This document shows, piece after piece, positions 1 through 7,945 of a stretch of 24,000 nt of DNA; within the stretch, counting starts at the first letter, position 1, and each line of letters opens with the position of its first letter. The position numbers and the translations under genes are program-made. The stretch is from Leptonema illini DSM 21528. Its GTDB lineage: Bacteria; Spirochaetota; Leptospiria; Leptospirales; Leptonemataceae. The DNA lies in the NCBI RefSeq assembly GCF_000243335.1, contig NZ_JH597773.1, positions 3,008,156 through 3,032,155 on the forward strand, given 5' to 3'. The notes below the pieces were generated by a model, which did not search any database, was not told the DNA's origin, and saw nothing but the letters and a program-made list of their open reading frames with translations.

Positions 1-479
1 GTCCCACCCGAATCGGGAACGGGAACTATCTGATGGGAACCGTGCATCTCGGGCATGACTGCGTCGTCGGCGACAACAACATCTTCACGCAGGGATGCGT
101 TCTGGCCGGCCACGTTCACGTCGGCAATAAGGCCTTTATCTCAGGGCTTGTTGCCGTTCATCAGTTCTGCCAGATCGGCGATTACGCCATCCTGGGCGGA
201 TGCTCGAAAATCGTGAAAGATATCATCCCCTATTCTATGGCCGATGGCAATCCGTCTGTCATCACAGGCCTGAATGCCGTCGGATTGAAGCGAGCGGGAT
301 TTTCAGAAGAGCAGAAACGAGCCATCAAGAACGCTTATAAAACCCTCTTCCTGCGCGGACTCAACATTCAGAGAGGCCTTGAAGAACTGAAGCAGCTGCC
401 TGCTACCGAAGAGGTAACAAACATCATTCAGTTTATTGAGCGAAGCAAGCGCGGTATTCTGACGAACCGCGAAGGCTGA
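1..479 (+). CDS. lpxA: UDP-N-acetylglucosamine O-acyltransferase LpxA, C-terminal part (5' end cut by the window edge)
   Basis: Frame 3 is open from the window edge (PTRIGNGNYLMGTVHLGHDCVVGDNNIF...) to TGA 477-479. Hexapeptide-repeat beta-helix segments (GHDCVVGDNN, GCVLAGHVHVGNKAFISG, IGDYAILGG) are followed by the helical tail (ITGLNAVGLKRAGFS...AIKNAYKTLF) typical of LpxA. Confidence 0.9.
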   Translation, partial: PTRIGNGNYLMGTVHLGHDCVVGDNNIFTQGCVLAGHVHVGNKAFISGLVAVHQFCQIGDYAILGGCSKIVKDIIPYSMADGNPSVITGLNAVGLKRAGFSEEQKRAIKNAYKTLFLRGLNIQRGLEELKQLPATEEVTNIIQFIERSKRGILTNREG

Positions 480-497
480 TCGCCATTAGAGAGAACG

Positions 498-534
498 GCG
501 CCTTCTGTTCGATCGAGGGAAGGCGCGTACTTTT
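498..534 (+). terminator. Candidate rho-independent terminator after lpxA
   Basis: An 8-bp GC-rich stem GCGCCTTC (498-505) / GAAGGCGC (519-526) with a 13-nt loop, then TTTT at 531-534. It starts 19 nt after the lpxA stop. The loop is long and the U-tract short, so confidence is moderate. Confidence 0.4.
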
Positions 535-537
535 GTC

Positions 538-566
538 TTGACAGCGTCAGGAAACGACGCTAAGCT
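538..566 (+). promoter_or_regulatory. Candidate sigma70-type promoter for the 651-1283 gene pair
   Basis: Perfect -35 TTGACA (538-543), a 17-bp spacer, then TAAGCT (561-566), which matches TATAAT only partially. It lies about 85 nt upstream of ATG 651. Confidence 0.4.
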
Positions 567-650
567 CAAGAACTACGGCAACCTCACAGGATGCGCAATG
601 GAGCGACTGCTCCACTACGAATTCCCGTCATTTTTTAACAGGAGAACGAT

Positions 651-905
651 ATGGCTGAAGATACGATGCAACAGGAAAGCCCCGGTAAACTGAAAGAGAA
701 GGTTCAACAGGCCCGCCAGAAGGCCGGCGAAGAATGGGAGCATGTTCGCGATCGCCTCTCTGTGTATGGCGAAGGAGCCGATGAATTCATCGATTCTGTC
801 GGCCGTTATATTAAAGAGAATCCGCAGCGCTCTGCCATGATTGCAGGTGCCGCAGGTCTTGGCATTGGCCTGATCGCCGGCCTTCTTCTTCGCGGACGCC
901 GTTGA
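651..905 (+). CDS. ElaB/YqjD/DUF883-family C-tail-anchored membrane protein
   Basis: 84 aa. AGGAG at 640-644 sits 6 nt before the ATG. A charged helical N-terminal part is followed by a conserved NP motif (IKENPQRS) and a single C-terminal TM ending in basic residues (MIAGAAGLGIGLIAGLLLRGRR), the architecture of E. coli ElaB/YqjD. Confidence 0.75.
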   Translation: MAEDTMQQESPGKLKEKVQQARQKAGEEWEHVRDRLSVYGEGADEFIDSVGRYIKENPQRSAMIAGAAGLGIGLIAGLLLRGRR

Positions 906-908
906 TCT

Positions 909-1283
909 ATGAGTCGCTCGGTCCGGGCACGCACACATTACGAGCGTAACCGGGAGAAGTACAGGCCGATCCTCGAAAACCTGGCCGCCGTCATCCTTGA
1001 CCCGGCCGGGTATTTCAAGGCCTTTCGCTCCTTTGTGGGAGAGGAATACCATCGCCGGGCCGGGACGGCCATGTCGGCGTCCCTTCTCTTTGTAACGGCC
1101 GTCGTTTTGCTTGTGGCCGTCATTGTGCTGCTTTTCTTTTCTGCCTTTTTATTTCTCGATGACTTTCTACAGAATCCAGCTTTAAGCGCCTTCCTGCTTG
1201 CCTGGGTAGCCGTTCTCGTCTTTTTTATCGTCGTCCGGCTCTCTTTGCAGCGCTATCGCGACGTCGTCGGCAAACCGCGCTGA
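909..1283 (+). CDS. Two-TM membrane protein, YqjE/DUF1469-like by architecture and context
   Basis: 124 aa. The ATG is 3 nt after the upstream stop, suggesting coupling. A polar N-terminus is followed by two long hydrophobic helices (LLFVTAVVLLVAVIVLLFFSAFLFL; SAFLLAWVAVLVFFIVVRL) and a basic tail. Its position after a YqjD-like gene mirrors E. coli yqjD-yqjE. Family assignment is by analogy only. Confidence 0.5.
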   Translation: MSRSVRARTHYERNREKYRPILENLAAVILDPAGYFKAFRSFVGEEYHRRAGTAMSASLLFVTAVVLLVAVIVLLFFSAFLFLDDFLQNPALSAFLLAWVAVLVFFIVVRLSLQRYRDVVGKPR

Positions 1284-1284
1284 A

Positions 1285-1325
1285 ATCGGGCCCTGCCGGT
1301 AAATTTGTCGCATGCCGGGCCCGAT
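1285..1325. repeat. Perfect 9-bp inverted repeat in the 56-bp gap before the J-domain gene
   Basis: ATCGGGCCC (1285-1293) and GGGCCCGAT (1317-1325) are separated by 23 nt. No U-tract follows. It could be a weak terminator or processing hairpin, or a protein-binding site. Confidence 0.5.
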
Positions 1326-1339
1326 GATCATAGCAGAGT

Positions 1340-1972
1340 ATGCAAACCGAGCAGATGGATGACCTTGAAAAATACTGTTCTATTCTCGGAGTGCAGGCCG
1401 GAGACTCCGCCGAGATCGTAAAAGAAGCCTTTCGCCTGCGCATCAAAGAGGTGCATCCGGACCGGGAAAGCGGCGATTCTGAAGAGGCCCGGCTTCTTAT
1501 CGAGGCCTACAGGGAGCTGAAGAACGGCGTTCCCAGGGTAGAGAAGAAAACAGCGATCCCCCGCCCTTACAGACAGGCCGATGATATCGGCCGGCAGACC
1601 TATGAATCGCTCTATCGCGACGGCAGCTATGCCGATGCGCGTATCTATGACATCATCTCTAAGACCGTGGCCGCCGCGCCTAAAAGCGTCTTCGATCGGC
1701 TGCTGGAGCCGCTTGGCCAGCTTCCGCCTTCACGAGGAGCGGAGTTCTTGGAGCGAGCCGAGCACGCCTTGCAGAGCATCGTCCGCCGCTACAGGGCTTC
1801 GGTGCGACCTGGACGCCGTCGCGCCTCTGACCTGATCCGCGATCTGAATCAGGTAAAAGTACTCTATCGAGACGTGGGCAACCGGCATCCGTCGCTGCTG
1901 TCGCGCTGCAAATACAGGCTGTCACAGATCGACGAACTGATGCTTCAGGCCCGCTCCGAGCTGCATTCATGA
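1340..1972 (+). CDS. J-domain (DnaJ-like) protein with an unrecognised C-terminal region
   Basis: The N-terminal J domain carries the HPD tripeptide: YCSILGVQAGDSAEIVKEAFRLRIKEVHPDRESGDSEEARLLIEAYRELK. It has no Gly/Phe region or zinc-finger CxxCxGxG repeats, so it is not DnaJ proper. ATG 1355 is an alternative start. Confidence 0.8.
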   Translation: MQTEQMDDLEKYCSILGVQAGDSAEIVKEAFRLRIKEVHPDRESGDSEEARLLIEAYRELKNGVPRVEKKTAIPRPYRQADDIGRQTYESLYRDGSYADARIYDIISKTVAAAPKSVFDRLLEPLGQLPPSRGAEFLERAEHALQSIVRRYRASVRPGRRRASDLIRDLNQVKVLYRDVGNRHPSLLSRCKYRLSQIDELMLQARSELHS

Positions 1973-2012
1973 CCGCTTGACGCGACTGAACTTTTCTTTT
2001 TCATAGAAAGAG

Positions 2013-2945
2013 ATGCACCATCACGGAGAGATATCGGGTCGGCGACTGCTCTGGGTGACGCTGATCAACCTCGTCATTACGATCGCCGAGGTTATCGGCG
2101 GAATCGTCACGGGCAGTATTGCCCTGCTGTCAGACTCGGCGCATAATCTCAGCGATACGATCTCCATCGTGCTCAGTTACGTCGCTTTACGTATTGCCCT
2201 GCGAACGGCCACTCCCCGGCGTTCATATGGATACAAGAGGGCTGAGATTCTCGCCGCCTTTCTGAACTCTCTCTTTCTGCTTCTGATCTCGGCGTATCTG
2301 ATCTACGAGGCAATCGCCCGCTTTTATAGACCTGAGCCCATCAAGGGAGATTGGATGCTCATCGTCGCCGTCATCGGACTCGTCGGCAATCTGGTCTGTG
2401 TCATGCTTCTTCATCAGCATGCCAATCACAGCCTGAACATTCGCTCGGGCTATCTGCATCTTCTTGCCGATACGCTGTCCTCGGTCGGCGTCGTCATCGG
2501 AGCCGTCATTCTCATCTTCTTCCCGACGCTTACCTGGATCGACCCTGTCGTCTCGCTTCTTATCTCGTTCTATATCATCAAAGAATCGAAAGACATTTTT
2601 TTGCGTACCGTCGACATTCTCATGCAGTCGTCGGCCGAGCTCGATTACGAAGAGATGAAACGATCCGTTGAAGCCATAGACGGAGTGCAGAACATCCATC
2701 ACGTTCATACCTGGCTTGCCAATGAAAGAACCATCCACTTCGAAGCCCACATCGAACTGGAAGATATGCTTCTTTCACAGACGGCGGCGATTCGCGAGCG
2801 TATTCAACGGCTGCTTGAGGATCAATTCGGTGTGAGCCACATCACGCTGCAGTTTGAGTGCCGCTGCTGCGCGGAACGTACGATCTATGTAAAAGAACCG
2901 ACTCCTGTTCACCATCACGACCATTCCCGATGCGCGCACGGTTAA
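2013..2945 (+). CDS. Cation diffusion facilitator (CDF) family divalent-metal exporter (CzcD/ZitB-like)
   Basis: Six-TM layout with CDF signatures: SDSAHNLSDTISIVLSYVA, SYGYKRAEILAAFLN, HLLADTLSSVGVV. It has His-rich termini (MHHHGE...; ...PVHHHDHSRCAHG) and a C-terminal cytoplasmic domain (HHVHTW...HITLQFE). Confidence 0.9.
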   Translation: MHHHGEISGRRLLWVTLINLVITIAEVIGGIVTGSIALLSDSAHNLSDTISIVLSYVALRIALRTATPRRSYGYKRAEILAAFLNSLFLLLISAYLIYEAIARFYRPEPIKGDWMLIVAVIGLVGNLVCVMLLHQHANHSLNIRSGYLHLLADTLSSVGVVIGAVILIFFPTLTWIDPVVSLLISFYIIKESKDIFLRTVDILMQSSAELDYEEMKRSVEAIDGVQNIHHVHTWLANERTIHFEAHIELEDMLLSQTAAIRERIQRLLEDQFGVSHITLQFECRCCAERTIYVKEPTPVHHHDHSRCAHG

Positions 2946-3203
2946 CACATCACGCACGATACATAGGATCCAAAAACAGACTGATCGGTTTTTATCCTGG
3001 CAGGAGCGCATCGCATGCTCAGCCTCACTGATTGTCCACCATTCAAGTACATCACTGCCGCTCTTTCCCAGGCTCTTTAAAGCTTCTTTACAAAATAAAA
3101 TTGACATCTCCTATCGGCAAAGAAGGGTCGGCCTGTAGTTCGATCGCGTATCATCAAAACATACATAAAAAGAAACCGATCCCGAGCCTACAGGAGTCAA
3201 AGC

Positions 3204-4310
3204 ATGAATACTATGTTTCTCGAGCCTGCTCGCGGCCGGGGAGGCAGTTTCTTCGATCCACAGGAAAAGTCGATTCTCAGGAAGATACGCTCCGTTATGG
3301 AGGCCTTTGAAACGATCTCATACATCTGCGTGCTCGACAGGCGGGCACGCATCGTTCGTATGAACGATCGCTTTGCCGCCCTTTTTGGCGCAGAAAGCGC
3401 CGATTCTACCGGAATGAGCGTCATTCCGTATCTGAAGCGAGCCGGTCTCAGCCGCCTGACCGTTCAGATCTGGAAAACCCTGCACGCTCAAAGCACCCAC
3501 AGACAGGAGCTCGCCCTTGCAGAGAACGGCGAGGCTCCGAAATGGTTCGATATACATGTAACGCCCCACCACGACGAGAACGGACAGATTGCCGGAGCCG
3601 TAGCCGTTCTGCTCGACATCACCGAGCGAAAACACGTCGAAGAGGCGATGGCCTTTCATGCCTATCACGATGCGTTAACCGGCCTTCCCAATCGTCGCCG
3701 CCTTGAGGATCGACTGCATCAGACCCGTCTGCGAGCCGACCGTTTACGCGAAAAGTTCGCTCTTCTTTTCGTCGATCTCGATCGTTTCAAGCAGGTGAAC
3801 GACGTTCACGGCCATCGCATCGGCGACGCCGTTCTGATTGAGGTCGCATCGCGCATCGAAAGCGTTCTGCGAAGAGACGATACGGTATGCCGACAGGGCG
3901 GCGACGAGTTCATCATCCTGCTTCCCGGAATACGACATCCGGCGGCGGCCACAGGCGTGGCTCGAAAGCTCATCGACATCCTTTCACGACCCATCTTTGT
4001 CGATAACACGATCTGCCGCATAGGAGCGAGCGTCGGCATCGCGCTCTATCCCGATCATGATCCGCGACCGGATCGACTGATTCAGCTTGCCGACCGTGCT
4101 ATGTACAGGGCCAAGGCATCGGGACGCGGTCGCTTTGCCTTCTTTGAAGATCTGCCCACACAGGTTGCGCTTCCGATTCGCTTTGAAGAGAGATCCGAAG
4201 AGAGAACGGAAACGCTGAAGATTCCCGAGGCCTGTCATCAGTGCCTTGTCCGCGTTGCCGCTCATGCCGGTCTACCGTCGACCTCGCTTGCCCTGCTTGC
4301 GAAGTCGTAG
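3204..4310 (+). CDS. PAS-GGDEF diguanylate cyclase
   Basis: AGGAG at 3192-3196 sits 7 nt before the ATG. The PAS-like region ends in the typical LLDITERK. The GGDEF domain reads HDALTGLPNRR...FVDLDRFKQVNDVHGHRIGD...RQGGDEFIILLP, with an RxxD I-site (RRDD) exactly five residues upstream of GGDEF. Confidence 0.9.
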   Translation: MNTMFLEPARGRGGSFFDPQEKSILRKIRSVMEAFETISYICVLDRRARIVRMNDRFAALFGAESADSTGMSVIPYLKRAGLSRLTVQIWKTLHAQSTHRQELALAENGEAPKWFDIHVTPHHDENGQIAGAVAVLLDITERKHVEEAMAFHAYHDALTGLPNRRRLEDRLHQTRLRADRLREKFALLFVDLDRFKQVNDVHGHRIGDAVLIEVASRIESVLRRDDTVCRQGGDEFIILLPGIRHPAAATGVARKLIDILSRPIFVDNTICRIGASVGIALYPDHDPRPDRLIQLADRAMYRAKASGRGRFAFFEDLPTQVALPIRFEERSEERTETLKIPEACHQCLVRVAAHAGLPSTSLALLAKS

Positions 4311-4374
4311 ACGTGACTCGCAGCCGAATCGGTTGGCGGGTAGCAACCTGCTAACATCGAAGTCGCCTCCAGGC

Positions 4375-4812
4375 CTATCGGTTTACGGCGGCGTCGATCT
4401 TCTGTCTGTTTGTCTCAAAGGCCCTCTGAGCATCTTCAGAAAAAAAGGAATCAAAGAAAAACAGATTGGCGCTGCCCGATTCGAGCCGTTGCACGATAGC
4501 CCCCGATGCAATGTCGATCAGCAGAGCGTATCCTGTTGCATTCTTCTGATCGTCGAAGGCCTTGAGGACGCCAAGCCGCTCCGCCTGCCGGCGTGCTGTG
4601 ACAGTCTTTTCATCGTCGGTTAAATCGAAGACGACGACCGTGATTCCTTTTGATTCGGCATAACGCTTCAGATCAGAAAAACCCGGACTGACGTTATCCC
4701 AGCGTTTACACGAAGGGCACCAGTCCGCATGGAATTTTGCAAGCACAAGGCCTTCGGCGGCTAACGGTGACGCTGCGAAAAGTAGGGCCAGCCACAAGAT
4801 GGTTCGTTTCAT
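4375..4812 (-). CDS. Secreted thioredoxin-fold protein (CxxC thiol:disulfide oxidoreductase-like)
   Basis: Signal peptide MKRTILWLALLFAASPLAAEG, then a WCPSCK redox motif. I prefer ATG 4812 (GAGAGG about 10 nt upstream) over the TTG at 4830 used by the ORF track. It lies 26 nt downstream of the cyclase stop on the same strand. Confidence 0.75.
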   Translation of the reverse strand: MKRTILWLALLFAASPLAAEGLVLAKFHADWCPSCKRWDNVSPGFSDLKRYAESKGITVVVFDLTDDEKTVTARRQAERLGVLKAFDDQKNATGYALLIDIASGAIVQRLESGSANLFFFDSFFSEDAQRAFETNRQKIDAAVNR

Positions 4813-4838
4813 ACGTTTTCTACCTCTCAAAATGATAC

Positions 4839-6110
4839 TTACAGGCCTTTCAGCCTGGCATAAAGAGCTTTGAATTCTGCGTTCGGATGATTCGGTCGAT
4901 CCTCAAGCTCGGGGCGGATGCCCTTCACAAGATACATGGCCATATCGCCTTTCCCTTTAACGGGCAGCAGTCCTCGATCTTCGCAGATGAAAAAATCCTT
5001 TACCCGCTCATACATATCCTTAGAAATATTCACCTCACCGGGAAGCCCCGCCGATTCCATACGACTGGCGGTATTCACCGTGTCTCCCCAGACGTCATAG
5101 ACGAATTTATCAGTGCCTACGACTCCCGTTATGACCGGACCGCAATGAATGCCGACGCGCAGCCGCCAGTTCCGCGCCGGTTCGCTTGCAGTTGAATGCC
5201 GCTTCATCAGCTTCTGAAAGCGAAGAGCGCAGAGAACGGCGTCCACAGAGTGTGTTTGATTCTCATCGGGGATTCCACCGGCTGCCATATAGGCGTCGCC
5301 GATCGTCTTGATCTTTTCAAGACCTGTGGCCCGCACGGCATGATCGAACGATGCGAAGAGTTGATCGAGTTCTTTGATAAGTTGCTCGGGATTCAAATCG
5401 GCGCTTGCAGCCGTAAATCCCGTCAGATCGGCAAAAAGCACGGTCGCCGATGAGTAACCACGAGGCGTCACACGATCTCGCTTCTTCAGCTCTTCGGCCA
5501 CGGTGAGCGGTAGAATGTTACGCAACAACCGATCGGATTTCAATCTCTCGAATTCCAGGCTGTTTGTAAGTATAAAGATAAGGATGCCGGTCAGCAGCTG
5601 AACGAAAAGATAATTGCCGCCGGCATCCATCAGGCGATCCTCTCGAGAAGGATACATCGTGATCCATTCCGGATACAGATACTCGATAGAGAAGAGAGAT
5701 CCGACGACGAGCAGCGAGATGCCGTATATCAGATACGGACGGCGCCCATCAAGCAGGATCGTCGCGATGACAAGCGCCGGAATAAAGTAATAATGAGCGC
5801 CGCCGACCGATCCGCCATTCCAAAACCAGTTGAAAGATAAAAAAACCAGAATGGTCAGGTTAAAAAGCCAGAAGAGAGAGCGGTGTTGCGACCGGAACCT
5901 GGAAATAAAGTAATACAGAAGGAAGAGCGAGCCTGAAATGAAATGCAGAAGAAACAGACGCACAGGATCGGGTAGGGTCAGAGCGGCAAACGATCCGAGC
6001 AGATTCAAAACACCGTTCACAATGCTGACAGAATTGAAAAGACGCGCCGAAAGCGGATCAAGACGCGGATCACCGATGAGCCGCACAAGTAAACGCAGAA
6101 GCGGCTTCAT
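4839..6110 (-). CDS. Membrane-anchored class III adenylate cyclase (about six N-terminal TM helices plus one cyclase homology domain)
   Basis: The N-terminal half is polytopic and hydrophobic. The catalytic domain has ATVLFADLTGFT (metal Asp), EKIKTIGDAYMAAGG (specificity Lys plus second metal Asp) and FVYDVWGDTVNTASRME (adenine-specifying Asp plus the Asn/Arg pair). All catalytic residues lie in one chain, so it is a homodimeric type. Confidence 0.9.
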   Translation of the reverse strand: MKPLLRLLVRLIGDPRLDPLSARLFNSVSIVNGVLNLLGSFAALTLPDPVRLFLLHFISGSLFLLYYFISRFRSQHRSLFWLFNLTILVFLSFNWFWNGGSVGGAHYYFIPALVIATILLDGRRPYLIYGISLLVVGSLFSIEYLYPEWITMYPSREDRLMDAGGNYLFVQLLTGILIFILTNSLEFERLKSDRLLRNILPLTVAEELKKRDRVTPRGYSSATVLFADLTGFTAASADLNPEQLIKELDQLFASFDHAVRATGLEKIKTIGDAYMAAGGIPDENQTHSVDAVLCALRFQKLMKRHSTASEPARNWRLRVGIHCGPVITGVVGTDKFVYDVWGDTVNTASRMESAGLPGEVNISKDMYERVKDFFICEDRGLLPVKGKGDMAMYLVKGIRPELEDRPNHPNAEFKALYARLKGL

Positions 6111-6490
6111 GAAATGCCCCCCTGCTCCGTTTTGCGCCCGAGGATCAAGAGGGTGGCGCTTCCTGCGAGAACTGAACAGGCAAGGGCAAAAAGAAGCCCT
6201 CCGTCGTCATGGACGACGATTCCAAGTACGGTCAGATGCAGAATAATCGCAGGCACAATGATCAGAATGGATAACATTGCCCCCCTGCGATACTGAGACG
6301 GCCAGAGAAGAAGAACGGAGGCGATCAATTCAGCGAAGCCTGTAGCATAGCGACCGGCCGGTTCGAGACCGACCGTCTCAAAGATAAAGATAGATTCTGC
6401 AGCGCCGGTGAATTTGAAAAATAGAGTCTGCAGAAAGACTCCGGCAACGATCATTCGCAGAACAAGGATAACGATTTTGCGAGGCTGCAT
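6107..6490 (-). CDS. DoxX-like small integral membrane protein
   Basis: Four hydrophobic helices resemble a DoxX-type pattern (LRMIVAGVFLQTLFFKFTG...GFAELIASVLLLWP...). I prefer ATG 6490; the track ORF starts at a TTG at 6565. Its TGA stop overlaps the cyclase ATG as ATGA at 6107-6110. The family call is by eye only. Confidence 0.55.
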   Translation of the reverse strand: MQPRKIVILVLRMIVAGVFLQTLFFKFTGAAESIFIFETVGLEPAGRYATGFAELIASVLLLWPSQYRRGAMLSILIIVPAIILHLTVLGIVVHDDGGLLFALACSVLAGSATLLILGRKTEQGGIS

Positions 6491-6652
6491 CTTACGCAGA
6501 TTCGCAACATTCGATCTCTGGTTGCATGCAGGACATAGAATAACGATAAAAAATGGCCCTCTCAACTAAAAAATAAACTCCGGTCTTCCTCGTCGCTCTC
6601 ACCTCGTAAGTATCTTTTTTTTGCATTTTTTACGATTCCCAGAAAAAACACC

Positions 6653-7207
6653 GTGACGGTGAAACCAATGTCGATGGTGCACGAAACGTGCAGGATGAGC
6701 TCTCTTAAAGAAACATCCCCCGTTACTTCTCTGCAAACATTGCTGAGTCAGACACGCGATCTGCTTTCACTTATCACAGACGAGCAATACACGAAATGCA
6801 CCGCCAGTACTCAGTCGGGAACAGGATCTCATATTCGACACACTCTCGATCATATTCAAGCGTTGCTCGCCGGCCGTAACGGAAATCCGATCGACTACGA
6901 TACCCGAGAACGCAATACTACAGTAGAACGCTCCCGCATGTCGGCTATCGACGCCATCGACCTTCTCATAAAAGACCTGAACTCACTTTCAGAGCAGGAT
7001 CTCAATAAAACGGTAGAGCTACACCTTCTTCTCTCGCCGTTTCATCCACGCTACCGGACGACATCGACGATCGGTCGAGAGCTGGCCTTCGTAATGCATC
7101 ATGCCATCCATCACAATGCCATCATTGCGATGCTTTTGCGTAATCTGGAAGTCGACATTCCCGACTTTTTTGGCTTTGCCCCGGCAACGATTGAAGTGCT
7201 TTCCTGA
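6653..7207 (+). CDS. DinB-family (DinB_2/YfiT-like) four-helix-bundle metal-binding protein
   Basis: Characteristic spaced histidines: SHIRHTLDHIQALL near the N-terminus and FVMHHAIHHNAIIAMLLR near the C-terminus. The start is uncertain: GTG 6653 in the track, with in-frame ATGs at 6668 and 6695. Confidence 0.7.
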   Translation: MTVKPMSMVHETCRMSSLKETSPVTSLQTLLSQTRDLLSLITDEQYTKCTASTQSGTGSHIRHTLDHIQALLAGRNGNPIDYDTRERNTTVERSRMSAIDAIDLLIKDLNSLSEQDLNKTVELHLLLSPFHPRYRTTSTIGRELAFVMHHAIHHNAIIAMLLRNLEVDIPDFFGFAPATIEVLS

Positions 7208-7216
7208 GACGGAACG

Positions 7217-7945
7217 ATGTGTACGCTGACGATACTGCCCGAATCAAAAGACGGAATTCGGTTCTCGGCCATGATGAATCGGGACGAGTTGAATGAACGG
7301 AAAAAGGCGCTGCCTCCTCTCTTGCGAGATGGCATACTCGCCCCTTGCGACGCCGATGCAGGCGGGACCTGGACCGCCATTAACGAAAGCGGGCTCATAG
7401 GATTCGTGCTTAACCGCACGGAAGAAGGCGATAGATTGAACAGCGGCAGCGTCAGCAGAGGTAGCATTCTGCCGGCGCTGCTTGAGGCCCCTTCGGTTAA
7501 AGATGCGTCTGATCAGTGGCATCGTATTCCATTGCATGACATGAGGCCCTTTTACTGTCTGTTACGAGACCGACAGGAACAGCGCCTTTTCTCGTTCAAC
7601 GGAGAGTCCCTGACACACCGACTTATGGATATAGCCAGCCCTCTGCTACTGACGACCTCGGGACTCGGCGACTCTCTTGTGCATCCCTACCGCGAGTCAT
7701 TGTTTGCCCGGCTTCTCTCGCATCATCCCGACAGAGAGACACAGAGGCAATTCCATCATCATCATGATCCGCGGCATCCCGCCCAGAGCGTTATGATGAT
7801 GCGCGACGATGCACGCACGGTCAGCATTACCTCCTATAACGTACAGATTTCGACTGCCTCTATCGACTACTTTGATATCGACGGATCTACCGTTCGGGCT
7901 CAGCTGAGATTACGCAATGCAAAGGAGTCGCTGTATGCCTCCTGA
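7217..7945 (+). CDS. NRDE-family protein (TANGO2 homologue)
   Basis: It begins Met-Cys (MCTLTIL...) and contains the eponymous NRDE motif (SAMMNRDE), followed by GGTW (ADAGGTWTAINESG). It starts 9 nt after the DinB-family stop. Confidence 0.85.
   Translation: MCTLTILPESKDGIRFSAMMNRDELNERKKALPPLLRDGILAPCDADAGGTWTAINESGLIGFVLNRTEEGDRLNSGSVSRGSILPALLEAPSVKDASDQWHRIPLHDMRPFYCLLRDRQEQRLFSFNGESLTHRLMDIASPLLLTTSGLGDSLVHPYRESLFARLLSHHPDRETQRQFHHHHDPRHPAQSVMMMRDDARTVSITSYNVQISTASIDYFDIDGSTVRAQLRLRNAKESLYAS

Noticed and set aside
615-1052. Long antisense or overlapping ORFs in the six-frame track. Examples are 615-1052(-), 2223-2750(-), 3318-3668(-), 10784-11296(+), 10992-11405(+), 11820-12221(-), 12222-12602(-), 13727-14211(-), 14543-15356(-), 16823-17266(-), 19354-20058(+) and 20918-21499(-).
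   Set aside because: Each lies opposite or out of frame to a gene with clear family motifs. Their translations are Arg/Ser/Pro/Ala-rich low-complexity strings typical of spurious frames in GC-rich DNA, and they lack SD sequences.
2972-2993. An A5...T5-flanked imperfect palindrome (AAAAACAGACTGATCGGTTTTT) after the CDF gene, considered as a bidirectional terminator.
   Set aside because: Apart from the A-U pairs, the stem has only about three G/C-containing pairs and a mismatch. That is too weak to call.
3101-3106. Perfect TTGACA preceded by an A-rich tract, upstream of the GGDEF gene.
   Set aside because: No acceptable -10 hexamer lies 16-18 bp downstream (AGGGTC or similar), so I cannot support a promoter call.
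2946-3203. The 258-bp A+T-richer spacer upstream of the GGDEF gene, examined for a riboswitch (for example c-di-GMP class I) or a small RNA.
   Set aside because: I could not find the conserved GGCAAACC / ACGCAAAGC-type cores or a convincing multi-stem structure. Only a 7-bp distant repeat (CCTGTAG/CTACAGG) is present.
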